A stretch of DNA of 64,000 bases from assembly GCF_006345805.1 (NCBI RefSeq), contig NC_043005.1, forward strand, positions 108,128,001 to 108,192,000. Direction: 5' to 3'. A model generated the notes under the pieces. That model saw only the letters and a list, made by a program, of their open reading frames with translations. It was not told the DNA's origin and did not search any database. Origin of the DNA: Octopus sinensis (Eukaryota). Position numbers and translations under genes: made by a program. Shown here piece after piece: positions 41,690 through 55,522 of this stretch (position 1 is its first letter; each line of letters starts with the position of its first letter).

Positions 41690-41956
41690 CATCATCATCA
41701 TCATCATCGTTTAACGTCCGTTTTCCGTGCTAGCACGTGTTAGACGGTTCGACCAGGGTCTGGGAAGCCAGAAGGAGGCTGCACCAGGCTCCAGTCTGAT
41801 CTGGCAGTGTTTCTACAGCTGGATGTCCTTCCTAACGCCAACCACTCCGTGAGTGTAGTGGGTAATTTTTACGTCCCACCGGCACATAAGCTAGTCAAAG
41901 CGGCGCTGGTATCGGCCACGTTCGGATGGTGCTTTTTACATGCCACCGGCACAGGT
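41690..41956 (-). mobile_element. RTE 3' UTR fragment with (ATG)n tail
   Basis: Close match to 841-1204. Confidence 0.75.
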
Positions 41957-41977
41957 ATCACAACTACTATTTCCATT

Positions 41978-42028
<51 letters not shown>

Positions 42029-42511
42029 TGTATGTATGTATGTATTAAGTGCTAGAGGGTCAATATCTGTGTATATTCCATTTCCTTAGAACAATTCAAG
42101 GACATTATATTCTTGTATATATGTAAACTAAGAAATGGTATAAGTCATTTACTTCTGACTAAGCTGTCTTTATTCATAAACATTCACACACACTTGTAAA
42201 CACATACCCGCACACATGCACACTCACACATACTCACACACGTGCACGCACTCTTGCGAAACTGTCGGGTATGATTTGAGACAGATTGGGCTGCTATTTC
42301 TACCAAGTGTGGAGGGTGATTTGCAAATGTAAAGATAGCAAATACTTGCAATTCAAAATGTTACTTTCACTTATGCAGCAAATGTGTAAATGAAATATAT
42401 TTCATTTTCTAATTAAGTAAGCAATGTAATCAAATTGGGAAAAAAGTGAGACTGAGTGAATTTTCTTTAATCATTTTATCTTTTTCACTTCAACACACAC
42501 ACACCACACAC

Positions 42512-42563
<52 letters not shown>

Positions 42564-42837
42564 AACGTATTCGCTTGTTGAAGTATGTGACTGGTTTTGG
42601 TTTCGTGCTGGATTCGTTTTACTTCTGGTCATATGCCGTAGAAACGGAAGGAAGTCAAAACAGAGGGAGATTAATTTTAGACAATTAATATGCACAAACA
42701 CACACAATCCAATTCATATTTTATCAATCTAAAACTTAATTCTTCATAATGAAATCAAAAGAAAGCACAAAGCATTGCTAGAAATTCCCCATGGCTTTCC
42801 TTGTTGGCCTCATTGTTTTTGTTGTTGTTATTAATGT

Positions 42838-43135
42838 CAATCTAATCTTATAGTGGCCATTTAGCTTTGATTGGAGCACAAACCGACTTCTCCTCAAATA
42901 CTGTTTCCTGTACATTTCTTTCATCTTGTGTTCATTCATCTTATCTCTTTCAATGATACCCAGGTACTTATATCCTTCCTCTCTGATTTCCTTCCAGCTT
43001 GATCCCATGCCTTTTACTGATTTCTCCCTTTTAAGAATCATTACACCACACTTCTCGATTCCAAATTCCATGCCAATATCTTTGCTAATCATCTGCACAG
43101 TTACAACCAAACCCTCAAGATTAACAGCACATGAA
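42838..43135 (-). pseudogene. R4/Dong-type reverse transcriptase C-terminal fragment
   Basis: TVQMISKDIGMEFGIEKCGVMILKR...GYKYLGIIERD..MKE..YLRR.R.VLQSKLNG. Confidence 0.82.
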
Positions 43136-43289
43136 CTTGCAGGTGGGACCTTGTTAGAATTTTTTTTTTCAGATTGAGTAGCCTATCCCAAAAGGTCCCT
43201 GAATGAAACATCCATGTTTCCAGACATGCATTATTCAAACCCCAGAGAATTCCTCTCAACACATGGTTATGATGATCTCCAACTACTTA

Positions 43290-44320
43290 TTATTATTATT
43301 GGTTTTTCCTTCTTTCTTCAAATTTTCTTCCATTACTCGCCAAGTGTTTTCCGTACACCTAGAGCAGAGAAGCTCATTGCATGCATTCCCAGATTACACA
43401 CGCAAATTCACAGGTAAAATATGTATTAAAAAAAAAATAATAAATTCATGAATGGATGTTTTTTTCACAGCGATAATGCTCTTCTCAGTACATGAGTCGT
43501 TCAAGTTAATACGATATTTTGCACTTCCTGTAGGGATGGTAAACCTGGTATCATTTTCAAATAGGTTTCAGTAGCTTTTTTTTTTATCATTCCTAGAGAT
43601 CCTACAATCACTGGTACTGCAGTCGCCTTGAGATGTTACATTTTTTCAATTTCTAGTAGCAAGTCTTTATATTTACTAATCTTGTCAAATTCTTTCGCCG
43701 CTATATTGTGATCGCAAGGAATACTCGTGTCAATTAATAATCACACCATTTTTGTCTGATCTTTTATAATAATATCCCGTTTATTAGCTTTTATAGTTTT
43801 GTCAGAATGTACAGGGAAGTCCCATAGAATCGACACATTTTCTCCCTCAGTCACAGCTTCAGGATGGTGTTTATACCATTTGTCAGCGGTTTTGCTTTTA
43901 TAATGCCGACATATTGTCCAGTATAAATACTGGCCGACTCTGTCATGTCTTGCTTTATATTCTACAGGTGCTAAGACTCTACACCCTGAGATTAGGTGGT
44001 CTATTGTTTCAATCTCATCGTTACAAAATTGGCATTTTGGGTCAGCTCCATTTTTTATCACATTGGCTTGGTAGTTCCTGGTTAATAAGCTTTGGTCTTG
44101 AGCAGCTAATATGAAACCTTCACTCTCTGCTTTTAGCCCTGAGCTTCGTAACCATTGGTGCGTGTGTTTCTGGTCTACATCAGTTTGTTTGCTACGGGCC
44201 ACATACTTGCCATGCAGAGGTTTCTGTTTCCATCTGCTAGCTAATTTTTCATGTGCTTTTGTCTTTGCAATTAATTTTACTTTCTTTGCAGCAGCAATTG
44301 GCACATTTCCTTCAACCATT
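43290..44320 (-). mobile_element. R4/Dong-clade LINE 3' fragment, second subfamily, flanked by (TAA)n
   Basis: WKQKPLHGKY...LKAESEGFILAAQDQSLLTRNY...CQFCNDEIETIDHLISGC...RHDRV...ILWDFPV.SDKTIKAN.RDII, then LLIDTSIPCD...KISKYKDL. Confidence 0.9.
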
Positions 44321-44339
44321 ATTATTATTATTATATTAA

Positions 44340-44384
<45 letters not shown>

Positions 44385-44413
44385 TAATATTATTTTTATC
44401 ATTATTATTTATA

Positions 44414-44573
44414 GTCTTGCACAGCTTCTAATGCTGGAGATGTACTACAAAGCTAAATGCTCACTACAAATGAACTAATATAACAGCCCTTATTTTTTGA
44501 GCACCTTCCAGAGTATTTGAGTGGTTCCAAGCAGTGCTGATTTCTGCAAGTGCTCTCCCCTTATTGCAGCCCA

Positions 44574-44574
<1 letters not shown>
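44414..44574 (-). mobile_element. R4/Dong 3' tip (same family as 15506 and 26349) inside (TAA)n
   Basis: Reverse of GAGCACTTGCAGAAATCAGCACTGCTTGGAACCACTCAAATACTC...GAAGCTGTGCAAGAC. Confidence 0.78.
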
Positions 44575-44645
<71 letters not shown>

Positions 44646-44840
44646 GTTGTTATTATTATTATTATTATTATGATTATCATTATTATTATGATTATTATTA
44701 TTATTATTATTGTTGTTATTATTATTATTATTATTATGATTATTATGATTATTATTATTATTATTATTATTGTTGTTGTTGTTGTTGTTATTATTATTAT
44801 TGTTGTTGTTGTTGTGTTATTATTATTATTGTTGTTGTTG

Positions 44841-44901
<61 letters not shown>

Positions 44902-45183
44902 GATACCTAATATAAGCAGAAAGATACAAACTTTATGGCGGTAATTATTGATTACAGTGTATTGCTAAATGACTCTACTTCAGTTTATCAACCTGGGATG
45001 TTAAAAAGCAAGCATTGAATTTGATGCGATTTGAACTCAGAACATAAAGAAACATTTCTAAATACCACGAAACATTTTTCTACATTTTCCCAATTTTCCC
45101 ATCCACTGAACCCTTAATACTATTATTACCATCATCATCATCATCATCATTATTATTATTATTATTATTATCATTATTATTAC

Positions 45184-45359
<176 letters not shown>

Positions 45360-45376
45360 ATAATAATAAAAATAAA

Positions 45377-45429
<53 letters not shown>

Positions 45430-45458
45430 TAATAATAATAATAATAAAAATAATAATA

Positions 45459-45503
<45 letters not shown>

Positions 45504-46157
45504 TAAAATAAAAATAGTAATAATGATAAATAAAACTGAACCAGAAAAAATTGAGCATTTTGCCAAGGGACATAAAACAATAATTTCAGTCTCCTGCAAG
45601 AAAACATTCAAGGAAACTTTTGCTGCTGTTGTTGTTGTCGATGTTGTTGTTGTTGACATCATCATTGTTGTTCCTGTGCTGCTTCTGTAATTGTTGTTTT
45701 CTTGCTCTACTTTTTTTTTGTTGTTTTTGTTACTATTGTTATTGTCGTTGTTGTTGCTGCTTTTGTTGTTTCTAGTTTTGTTGTTTTATTTTTCGTCGTC
45801 TGTTCAGTAAAACAGGCAAGAAAAAAAATAAAATAAAACAGGGTAATTTAAATGCTGTGGGGAACTAAAGATGAAGTTTATATTTCAAGCCTGATTAACG
45901 CCCCCACCACATAAAAAAAAGAAGGGTCAATATTCCATTCACATTTAATTCACCTCCCACACTTTATTATTTATTTTGTTTTTAAAGAAAGAAGAACAAA
46001 AAATGGATAAAATATTAAAAAATGTCCTTATAAATGTTTTTGTGTATCTACGATTTTTTTTCCTTTTGCATTCCTCCCTTAACAACGAAATTTTACACAT
46101 CCTTACTTTGAATCAATTCATTTGCTGAGAAAATTCATAATAAAATTATATAAATAA

Positions 46158-46725
<568 letters not shown>

Positions 46726-47914
46726 TTGGTAGACATAAGCACACTTTTATATACATATACATTTATGTTTGTCTGTATGTGAATGCCTGTGTAAACAAGT
46801 AGAAAAAATCTTGTAAATATGAAATAATATAACGTATAATATTTAATATAATAGAATATAATTTAATTTGTTTTCTAACACAAAGAAAAGAAAAGGAAAG
46901 AAAGAAAGCAATGGAAAGGAAAGGAAGAGAAAAGCGAAACCAAAAAGTATTAGGCAAAGAAAATAAAAGAGTTATTCACAATAATGTAATTTATCAATTC
47001 AGACATCAATTATGGCAATAAGTAAGCCTGAAGGAATTTAAAAATTTTGAAAATAAAGAAATGTTCTTTAAAAAAAAGAGAAAAGAGAAAATTAAAAAGA
47101 ATCAGATATTTTAAAAAATAAGCCAAGCAAAGAATTTTCTTCTCAATAAGATTGTTGAATTGGGGAATAGACTTTAGTGAATTGAGTGAAATAAAGAATT
47201 AAGTCAGAACTCCACTGAATGTTTGATGGTATTAAAAGCTAAAACATTTGATTTGTTATATTGCTGTTGTTTAGCTCGAGGGCAGCCCTGATTGAGCAGT
47301 GTTCAGGCAATAACTTTCTCACTTCTTTTCTAAGCATAGCATAGCACATATGTGCATTCATACATGCCTACATACAGAGTGAGTCAACGTCTTTTTAGCT
47401 TTAATATAAATCAGCTAACAATTGAGGTCGTTTACCCTCAGTTTTACTTCTTACTACACATTTCATTTTATTCTCCTTCCCTCTGACTCCATCTCCTCAC
47501 TACTTTCATTAAATTTCCTGGCCCTTGTACCCTTATTGACTGCCATGGCCCAGGAAACCAAGGATAACTAGCCTACTTCCCTACTTTTCATGCTGCCAGC
47601 TACCAAGTTAACACCAGAGACTTAACCTAAGTATGCCCAGATAACTGAACAAGATTGTCAATTTGCTGCGCCCTTTTTAAGGACAAAGAACATTCTCTCA
47701 CCTTTTTGAGAACGACATTTTCCAACATCTCACACTATACAAGGGAGTACACAAAAGTAACTGGAAACATTGCCTGTAGGACGAATCCATCGTTGTCTAG
47801 GATTCCACCGGTAGAAACCACTCGAAGCAACCATCAGGCATCGGTCTGTCAACCAGTGTCTTGATCTAGAGTCCTACTGCTATGTGGTGCACCTTTCGTT
47901 TGCAGTGCTTCTCC

Positions 47915-48145
47915 CCAGTGTTGCTAAAGGAACAACGTCCTTCTGTGAAATTATGTTTTCTGCTGGGTAAAATGGCAGCCAAAACGGTTGTCATGCTTCA
48001 AACAGCTTACAAAGATCCTACCTTGAGCAAAACAGGTTTACGAGTGGTTTTCTGACTTTAGGAAGATCATCTTCGTGCAGGCAACTCACGACCTCTCGAA
48101 GTTATGCACACATCATGAAAATTCATGTACTGATCTTGGAAGAAA
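47915..48145 (+). pseudogene. mariner transposase N-terminal HTH fragment
   Basis: EQRPSVKLCFLLGKMAAKTVVMLQTAYKDPTLSKT, frameshift, VYEWFSDF. Confidence 0.7.
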
Positions 48146-48163
48146 TTATTATGCAGAGATTCC

Positions 48164-48380
48164 GGGTGACTAACTGGCAGAATCGTTAGCACACTGGACG
48201 AAATACTTAGCTGCATGTTATACGTTGCTATGCTCTAGTTTCGAATTCTGCCGAAGTCAGCTTTGTCTTTCATCCTCTCGGAGTCATTAAATTTAGTACC
48301 AGTGAAACACTGGGGTCAATGTAATCAACTAGTTCCCTCCCCCATATTTCAGACCTTGTGCCTATAGAAGAAAGGATTAT
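48164..48380 (+). mobile_element. SINE of the 6756 family, tail B, probable 11-bp TSD
   Basis: ATTATGCAGAG occurs at 48148-48158 and 48376-48386. Confidence 0.72.
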
Positions 48381-48704
48381 GCAGAGGTACCATTTTCCAT
48401 TGGATCTAATTTTTTCCGCCAGCAATATCAATGCTTTCCCTTGGAATATGTTTGTCATTCATAAATCAAGAACTGATTGACACCCTAAACTTTTTCCTGA
48501 TGAAGGAACATTTCATTATTTTATAATCACAAGTCAACAACAATCCAACAGACAGTTGTTTCGAATTGTGATGAAACCTCTTAATTTTATTTAGAAATAA
48601 CATAACTTTTTCAAAGCATCTTTACTTTGTGCCACAGTATATCTGTGTGTATATATTGTGTGAGTATATATTGTGTGAGTATATATGTGTTAGTATATAT
48701 TGTG

Positions 48705-48990
48705 ACCCCCTTCAGCCCTAAATGACCATAAAATTGCACCTAGAAATTTACTCTCCAAGACACAATCTGGGCAAGGTAGTTTATGGAAGACCAGCAGTCG
48801 CCCATGCATACAGTCCTCCCCCTCTCTACGCCACCGATGTTATATATATATACGACGAACTTTCAGTCTACCAAATCCAATCACAAGGCTTTGGTCGGCC
48901 TATGGCTATAGTAGAAGACACTTGCCCAAGGTGCCATGCAGTGGGACTGAACCTAGAACCATGTGGCTGCTTAGCAAGCTACAGATCCAC
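48705..48990 (-). mobile_element. SINE with OK-like head but a different 3' tail; head truncated by a mariner
   Basis: Head and core match 22284-22452. The tail ...ACATCGGTGGCGTAGAGAGGGG...GCATGGGCGACTGCTGGTCTTCC is unlike the OK-like tail. Confidence 0.65.
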
Positions 48991-49646
48991 TCAGGGTCAT
49001 CCTATAAATAATGCAGTTTTTTCAATTGCATTAACTAAAATTTGGAGGGGAATAAACTACCTGCATCAATTTGTTATAAAAGTAGGTAGTAATTTTACCT
49101 TGTCCTTATTCTTAGAACAATTTTTGAAGACTGAAGTTTAGTTTTAACAGTTATTTTTTCAAAGCTGTAATGGATGTGATAAAGGAGCATATTTGGCATA
49201 CTTTGCTTCATGAGTTCAATAAAGGCAACAATGCAACTGAAAGTGTAGGGAATATTAATGCAGTATATGGGGATCGAACAATAAGCGTAAGCCAGTGTCA
49301 ACAGGGGTTCCAGAAATTCTGAGCCGAAAACTGCAGTCTAGAGAACAAGCGTTGTCCATCTGGACATTTCCCCATCTGATTATCATTTATTCTGCAGTTT
49401 TCAAAATCATTTGGATGGGAAAATATATATTCTGTAGACAAGGTCAGAACAGTACTGGAGGAGTATTTTTCATCATGAACAAATAAAATTTGGAAGATGA
49501 GCCTAGTAAGTCTACCAGATCAATAGAAGAGCATAGTAGAACATAAAGGGGGTTACGTTTTAGATTAAAAAAGAACGTCATTTCTCTTAATTTTGAGAAA
49601 TAACAGAGGTATAAAAAAACAGCATTATTTATGGGATGACCCAATA
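48990..49646 (+). mobile_element. internally deleted mariner with both TIRs
   Basis: TIRs GGGTCATCCTATAAATAATGCAGTTTT / AAAACAGCATTATTTATGGGATGACCC. The N-terminal HTH is joined near 49350 to LDISPSDYHLF (YSPDLAPSDYHLF equivalent). Confidence 0.85.
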
Positions 49647-49734
49647 TATATATAAATACATACACACACACACGCACACACATCACACACACACACATAC
49701 ACAAACACACACACATATACATATATTTATGTCG

Positions 49735-49935
49735 CCATGATAGATCGTTAGCCACTACATACATTTTTTTCTCCTTGTTTCTCTCCTTGTTTTTTCTGTG
49801 TCCCTTTCTGTAGAAGAGCGTAGGCTCGAAACGTAAAAGACTTTTTCTTTTCCTGAGCGTTATACTAATACATCTGTTTGTTTTGTACACCACCTGTCTT
49901 CGTCTTTTGTTTTTTTCGTAAACTCTCCCTATACA
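49735..49935 (+). mobile_element. Penelope-like pseudo-LTR fragment with variant hammerhead
   Basis: CTTT CTGTAGA A GAGC-GTAG-GCTC GAAA CGT A AAAG at 49804-49839. Confidence 0.6.
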
Positions 49936-51189
49936 TATATATATACGTCCATACAAAGAGAGAGAACAGAGAGAAGTAAAACTGGGAGAGATATAGACTG
50001 ATACATAGATAGCTAGATAGATGAAGACATTCTATGTATATATGCATTCTGCCTGTTGCTTCTTCTTCTTCTTCATCTTCTTCATTTTCTTCTTTGTCTT
50101 CTTCTTCTTCTTCTTCTTCTCCTCCTCCTCCTCCTTCTTCTTGTCGTCTTCGTCATCATCACGATCACCACGATCCTCACCCTCCTCCTCGTCATCATCA
50201 TCATCATCGTCATTGTCGTTAATGTTATAATTGTTATACTTTTTTTTTAATGATAGATTTAAATGTAATAAAAAGCCTATAATTAAATTGCCATTTTTAA
50301 AATGTGTCAAATCAAATCAAATTTCAAATAGAAATCATGATATATAAATATTTGGAGAAAAAGGAAAATACAAAAGAGACAAGAAAAATACTAAGATAAG
50401 CAAATATTATTGAAAAAATAAGAATCAAAATATTTTAACGTAAAAACAGTCGCTAAAGTAGAGTATAAAAAGAAAAAGAAAACAAGAATAAAATACATTT
50501 TGAAATGATTGAAATTTTTTTCTTTGATAACGAAATATAAAAAAGACAGAAAACAGTACAGATAATATTAAAGGAAAAAACAGTTAAGCAGAAAATATCA
50601 AATTGGAAAAGATAAACAGAACAGTGATGGATAATGTTGAAGGAAAAATGTATAGATTGGAAGTATTAGATAAATAAGTAACAAAAACGAATGACAGAGT
50701 ATCAGTTCATAAAGATATTACATAAATTTGCATAACTGATTTAGCCACAATTATATTGCCATGCCATGTTTTATATTAAGCACATATGCTCATATACATA
50801 GATGCATACAGGCACAGACACACACGCACGCATAAACACACACACACACACACAAATGAGCATGTGCACACATATGCACACTCATTCATAAATCCTGTTG
50901 AATCACGTGTAACCTCATATATTCTCATCGAAAACAGAGGCAAGCTCCAGCATTTCCAAGTTATTCGCTTGAGTAACTTGAAGATCTCTTCCACTCAAAA
51001 TCATTGGTTGCTATATTAATTCATAAATAAAAAAAGTATATGTAAGTATGTATGTGTGCATATATGTATATGTATATATATTATATATAATATATATATA
51101 AATATATATGTATATATGCATGTATGTATAATACACACACACACACACTCGCATAATTCTGATCAAAGAGGAAGCTACCACACAATATG

Positions 51190-52330
51190 ATGCTCATTGC
51201 AGCTAAGGAGGAAATGATTGGTATGGTGAAGAACTTGATATTTAGAAGTTTAGAATGTGTTTTTGCAGGAATACCCACCAAAGAAAGCTTAGTGATCTTG
51301 TTGATGAGCTTGGGAAATGTGTCAGAACATTTGTATACTCAGATAAGACTGGAAATCTATATAACTTAAGTATAGACCACTGCAAGGAACTAGTATGGAA
51401 AGAACTCAATAAGTGATATAAAACCATGCAATATTCCACCTTGGATGATATCGACTTAGAAAGTTGCAAAATAGCAGAGTACCTATGTATTCAAGACAGA
51501 ATGGAACCTTACATACCTAAAGATCACAATCCGAATTTTCCATTTAACCTAACCATTAGGCTGATTCGTACATAAAAATCAGATATTGGTCACATAAGTA
51601 AAACATTACAGACAAAATTCTCCTGATATTAAGAAACCTTGCGAAACTGGATCACTGGTTGGTTAATACTGACAATATTCACAAGTATAAAAATTTACCT
51701 GACAAAAACACACAAAATTCATACAGATATATATTGACAATTACTACTCTTCTATTAGCCTTATATTTCACCTTGAAAAACACATCTTTATCTAAGAAAG
51801 ATGCAGGCGTACTTTTAGCAGCTAAAAAAACAATAATCCGTTTCGATGGCAGGCTATGGACTCATAGGTATAGAATAAACAACTGTGATATCACTATGGG
51901 TGCAAGCGACTCAGCCCTAGTAACCGACTTGGTCATGTTCTTATTGCAGCGGACTATACAGAGACGATGTCCTAGTCATAGTCTACAAGTCTAGCAACGT
52001 AAACCCTGAGAGAACCAAAAGAATGTGGTGTTTTTTGGTAAGTAAAGGCTCTCCATTACTAGAGGTAAAAACACTAGGGTGCTTAGCTACTTAGATGTAA
52101 CATCGGACCTAAACACACGTGTTTTACAAACCCAATGAAAGCATGCAATATGTGAATTAATACTCCAATCACTCCAGAGCAAACATAAGATGAATAATAA
52201 ATAGCATCTCCACAAGGATGTTGAGACTATCTGCTACCATTGATATCTTCATGTGGAAAGCTCAATACTACAATGAATCATTGGCCAGGACTAGGTACGT
52301 AGAGAAGATCTTAGATGTGCCGTATAAGAA
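51190..52330 (+). pseudogene. Penelope-like reverse transcriptase, degenerate (YRDD type)
   Basis: FVYSDKTGNLY, KDHNPNF...IRLI...KSDIG, IDNYYSSIS, CDITMGASDSALVTDLV, GLYRDDVL at 51951-51974. Confidence 0.8.
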
Positions 52331-52928
52331 CAAGAATTTAACTATAATTATTTGAGCTAGCTGTCTGAGATTAAAATAAATAAATCAATAAATCATAATA
52401 TGTAAGGTCACAGTACTACCCATACTAGGTAAATTCTAAACAATGATAGCATTCCAATTGGTCTGTTGATTGAGAAAACTGAAACTGTGAGTCTATAATG
52501 CACAAACAAATGTATAAAGCACATTATTTGTGCCTTCTTCTTAAACACACACACACAGACACAGATACACACACATGCACGCACGCATACACAGTAATAG
52601 ATGAGTGGTTCGAATTTTTTTTTGTGGCAACGATTTTCTGTGTTCAATTTTAGTGTACAGACTACAACTTTTTTTTAGATGAAACTACATGGAATCTCAT
52701 TGTATTTGTATATATGTCGGTTTGTGTTTCTCTTCTTTTGTGTGAAAATGTTTCCAGCAATTAAAAGTGTTGCTGATTAGTTTAGTATCCTGTAACTTAG
52801 CATTTCAACAGCCTGAGACTCTAGAATAGGTTGCAGATCGAGAAATAAATTTTGTATTCAATATAATCAAACAAACAATTTAAGATCATACACCACTTCA
52901 ATGACAAGGGACAGTGAAAAAAAGACCT

Positions 52929-53088
52929 ATAGATATGGCTGTGTTGTAAGAAGCTTGCTTCTCAACCACATGGTTCTGGGTTCAGTCCCACTGCATGGCA
53001 CTTTTGGCAAGTGTCTTTTACTATAGCCTCAGGTTGACCAAAACCTTGTAAGCCGATCTGGTAGACAGAAACTGAAGGAAGCTCACTG

Positions 53089-53090
<2 letters not shown>
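52929..53090 (+). mobile_element. OK-like SINE 5' half (probable partner of 54069-54273)
   Basis: GGCTGTGTTGTAAGAAGCTTGCTTCTCAACCACATGGTTCTGGGTTCAGTCCCACTG...GGCAAGTGTCTT, ending in (CT)/(TA)n. Confidence 0.75.
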
Positions 53091-53151
<61 letters not shown>

Positions 53152-53184
53152 TTACATAAATACACACACATACACACACACATA

Positions 53185-53695
53185 CCTACATATATAAAAG
53201 TGTAATGGTGTCTGTCCAACCGGTTTTAATAGTTTTTGGCACATAAATAGGTTCCTGAAGTTCAAATAAGGCCGGAAATTTTAGATAACTCGATAATGCT
53301 TAGTTGGCATCGATTGTTGTGAGTTAAATCGGGTGTTTGAATGGAAATTCCCATAACGATGTTATTTTTTCCTGCTGCTTTTGCATTTTTTGTCCTATTT
53401 TGATGAAAATCGATTAGTGGGCGAGGCTCATGTTACTGAGGTGATGACAAAAAATCAATAATTGCACCTGAGCAGTGGTTTTATAAAATCAATAGGTTTT
53501 TTGGGTGCACATACCCATAGGGATTTTATTTTTGGTCGTTAGTTTTATGTTTTTATCCGATTTTAATGAGATTTTGGATGTAGATAAAATTTGGGGTGGA
53601 GGAGACGGTAAAGGTGTCTGTTTAATTCAAAAGGGCTTGAAGAGGGCACAAATGCAAATAAGCATTTCTTTAGAGTTATTCTTATCAATTTAGCA
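53185..53695 (+). mobile_element. degenerate Helitron-like element
   Basis: Head-like TATATAAAAGTGTAATGGTGTCTGTCC. Internal CCGATTTTAATGAGATTTTGG resembles the motif in the Helitron at 56872-57255. 3' end unclear. Confidence 0.4.
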
Positions 53696-53826
53696 GAGAT
53701 TTGTATAGGGTGGGCTGCACCTGCCTACCTCAGTTGCTATGGCATTGAGGTAGATCCGGCCACCCCGTTAACAGGGACAAAACCCGGATTTAAAACACTA
53801 GATGATGATGATGATGATGATGATGA

Positions 53827-53879
<53 letters not shown>

Positions 53880-54068
53880 CACATATTTCTAGGATTATTT
53901 CATCCCTATAAGAGGAGTACATGTCCTTGCAGTGACAAATATACATATAAACATACATATATTGACACATACACACATATACATGTATACACATATATAT
54001 ATCCACATGTATATATATATATATGTATACACATATATATATATACATATACATATATATATTATTTT

Positions 54069-54273
54069 GTGTGTGTCTCTGTCTTTGTTCGGCCCCATCA
54101 ATGCTTGACAACTGGTGGTGGTGGTGTGTTTACGTCCCTGTAAACTGATTGAATAAGTACTATGCTTTAAAAATATGCCCTATTGTTGATGTTTTTGACT
54201 ATAATTGATGAAGGTGGTGCCCGAGCAAGGCTGCAGTCAAACAACTGAAACAAGTAAAAAGATAAAAGATAAA
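54069..54273 (+). mobile_element. OK-like SINE 3' half
   Basis: GCTTGACAACTGG...GTGTTTACGTCCCTGTAA...GCAGTCAAACAACTGAAACAAGTAAAAAGATAAAAGA. Confidence 0.7.
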
Positions 54274-54419
54274 TGAATATACACATACACACACATAGAC
54301 CTTTGTAAGGATAAGCAAGTTAGGCAGGTCAATATGCAAAAAATATCAAATAGATGAAATACAAAAAAACATGTATGTATGGTTGCATAGAGAAAAATCT
54401 GACCTACACAGAATAGAAA

Positions 54420-55030
54420 TGATATCAAAAATTAAAAGGGTTGAAGAAAAGTATTACAAATCTAACAGCTGTTTCTGGGGACTTGGTGGTCCAAAGCGAT
54501 GTTTGTAGATCGATTCCAGTGTTGGATTAGACGAGTCTCCATCTTCAGGGAAAAGATCTTACATTTGAGGTGTTGATGGAAGAAGCTCACTTTTTGTATC
54601 TCATTTGTTTCATATTCTTTGTATATTGACCTACTATCTTGCTTATCCTTAAATATACTTCTTTAGCTGCTTGAGTTTATATCCCTTGAACACTACTAAG
54701 TGTATTTTATATGGAGAACATTTGAATCTGATCAATGAACCACATATATACTTATGTGCTTTTGCACAAATTTGAATAATGTTTCATCGATTTCTTTTTT
54801 GCTGTTATTCTTGCATCATTAAATCTAACAAATTGAAATTGGGTGCAGAAATTTGTATTTGCTCAGGCAAAAAACAAAATGTATACAAAAATCGGCTAAA
54901 ACCAAACAAAAATATCCCACATTGCATATTTACACAAATCAATACAGATTGAAATTTTGGGTCATGCACTTTTGGTCTCACAATTAAATGTTCCTGAGTG
55001 ACAAATGCACTTGTCGGCCATTTGTGAAAT
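54420..55030 (-). mobile_element. degenerate Penelope-like 3' end (GIY-YIG remnant) with hammerhead-like pLTR
   Basis: Weak remnants FNCETK, CG, HKYICGS..FKCSPYK. Minus-strand CTGAAGA TGGAGACT...AGTCCCCA GAAA CAGCTG T at 54548-54465. Confidence 0.45.
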
Positions 55031-55266
55031 ATTTTCAATTATGATAAGCTCTGCCAGTTTTCCAAACAACCAGCCTTTATCCCAAACCTAATGAGAGTAG
55101 GAGGTCATTTTTTAGAAAAAGAACTTTTCTATGTTTTTATCCTTTTTGTAATTTTTGTCATATTTCTTTTTCCTCCTTTCTTTTCTATACTTTAAAGAAC
55201 CAATCTGGTTTTAAAAATTGGTAAGCAGTTGTTGATATATAATTTTTGTATAAGATTGTTTTCTGT

Positions 55267-55522
55267 GGAGGCACGTGGCTTAGTGGTTAGGGTGTCAGCA
55301 TCATGATTGTAAGACTGTGGTTTCGATTCCTGGACCGGGCAATGCGTTGTGTTCTTGAGCAAAACACTTCATTTCACGTTGCTCCAGTCCATTCAGCTGG
55401 CAAAAATGAGTAACGCTGCAATGGACTGGCGTCCCATCCAGCTGGGGAACACATGCACACCATTGAAACCAGGAAACTGGGCCCATGAGCCTGGCTAGGC
55501 TTTAAAAGGGCTCATTTATTTT
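55267..55522 (+). mobile_element. tRNA-headed SINE with V/Meta-like central domain
   Basis: GGAGGCACGTGGCTTAGTGGTTAGG...GGTTTCGATTCCTGG, then TTGTGTTCTTGAGCAAAACACTT...CAGCTGGCAAAAATGAGTA...ATGGACTGGCGTCCCATCCAG. Confidence 0.7.

Noticed and set aside
45545-45596. Minus-strand exon-like piece with strong acceptor (RLKLLFYVPWQNAQFFL)
   Set aside because: Weak donor (GTTCAG), embedded among simple repeats, and no partner exons found.
53718-53747. Hairpin CTACCTCA...TGAGGTAG containing the first 8 nt of let-7
   Set aside because: The match stops after the 8-mer, the stem is too short for a pre-miRNA, and it sits in a retroelement-like tail before (ATG)n.
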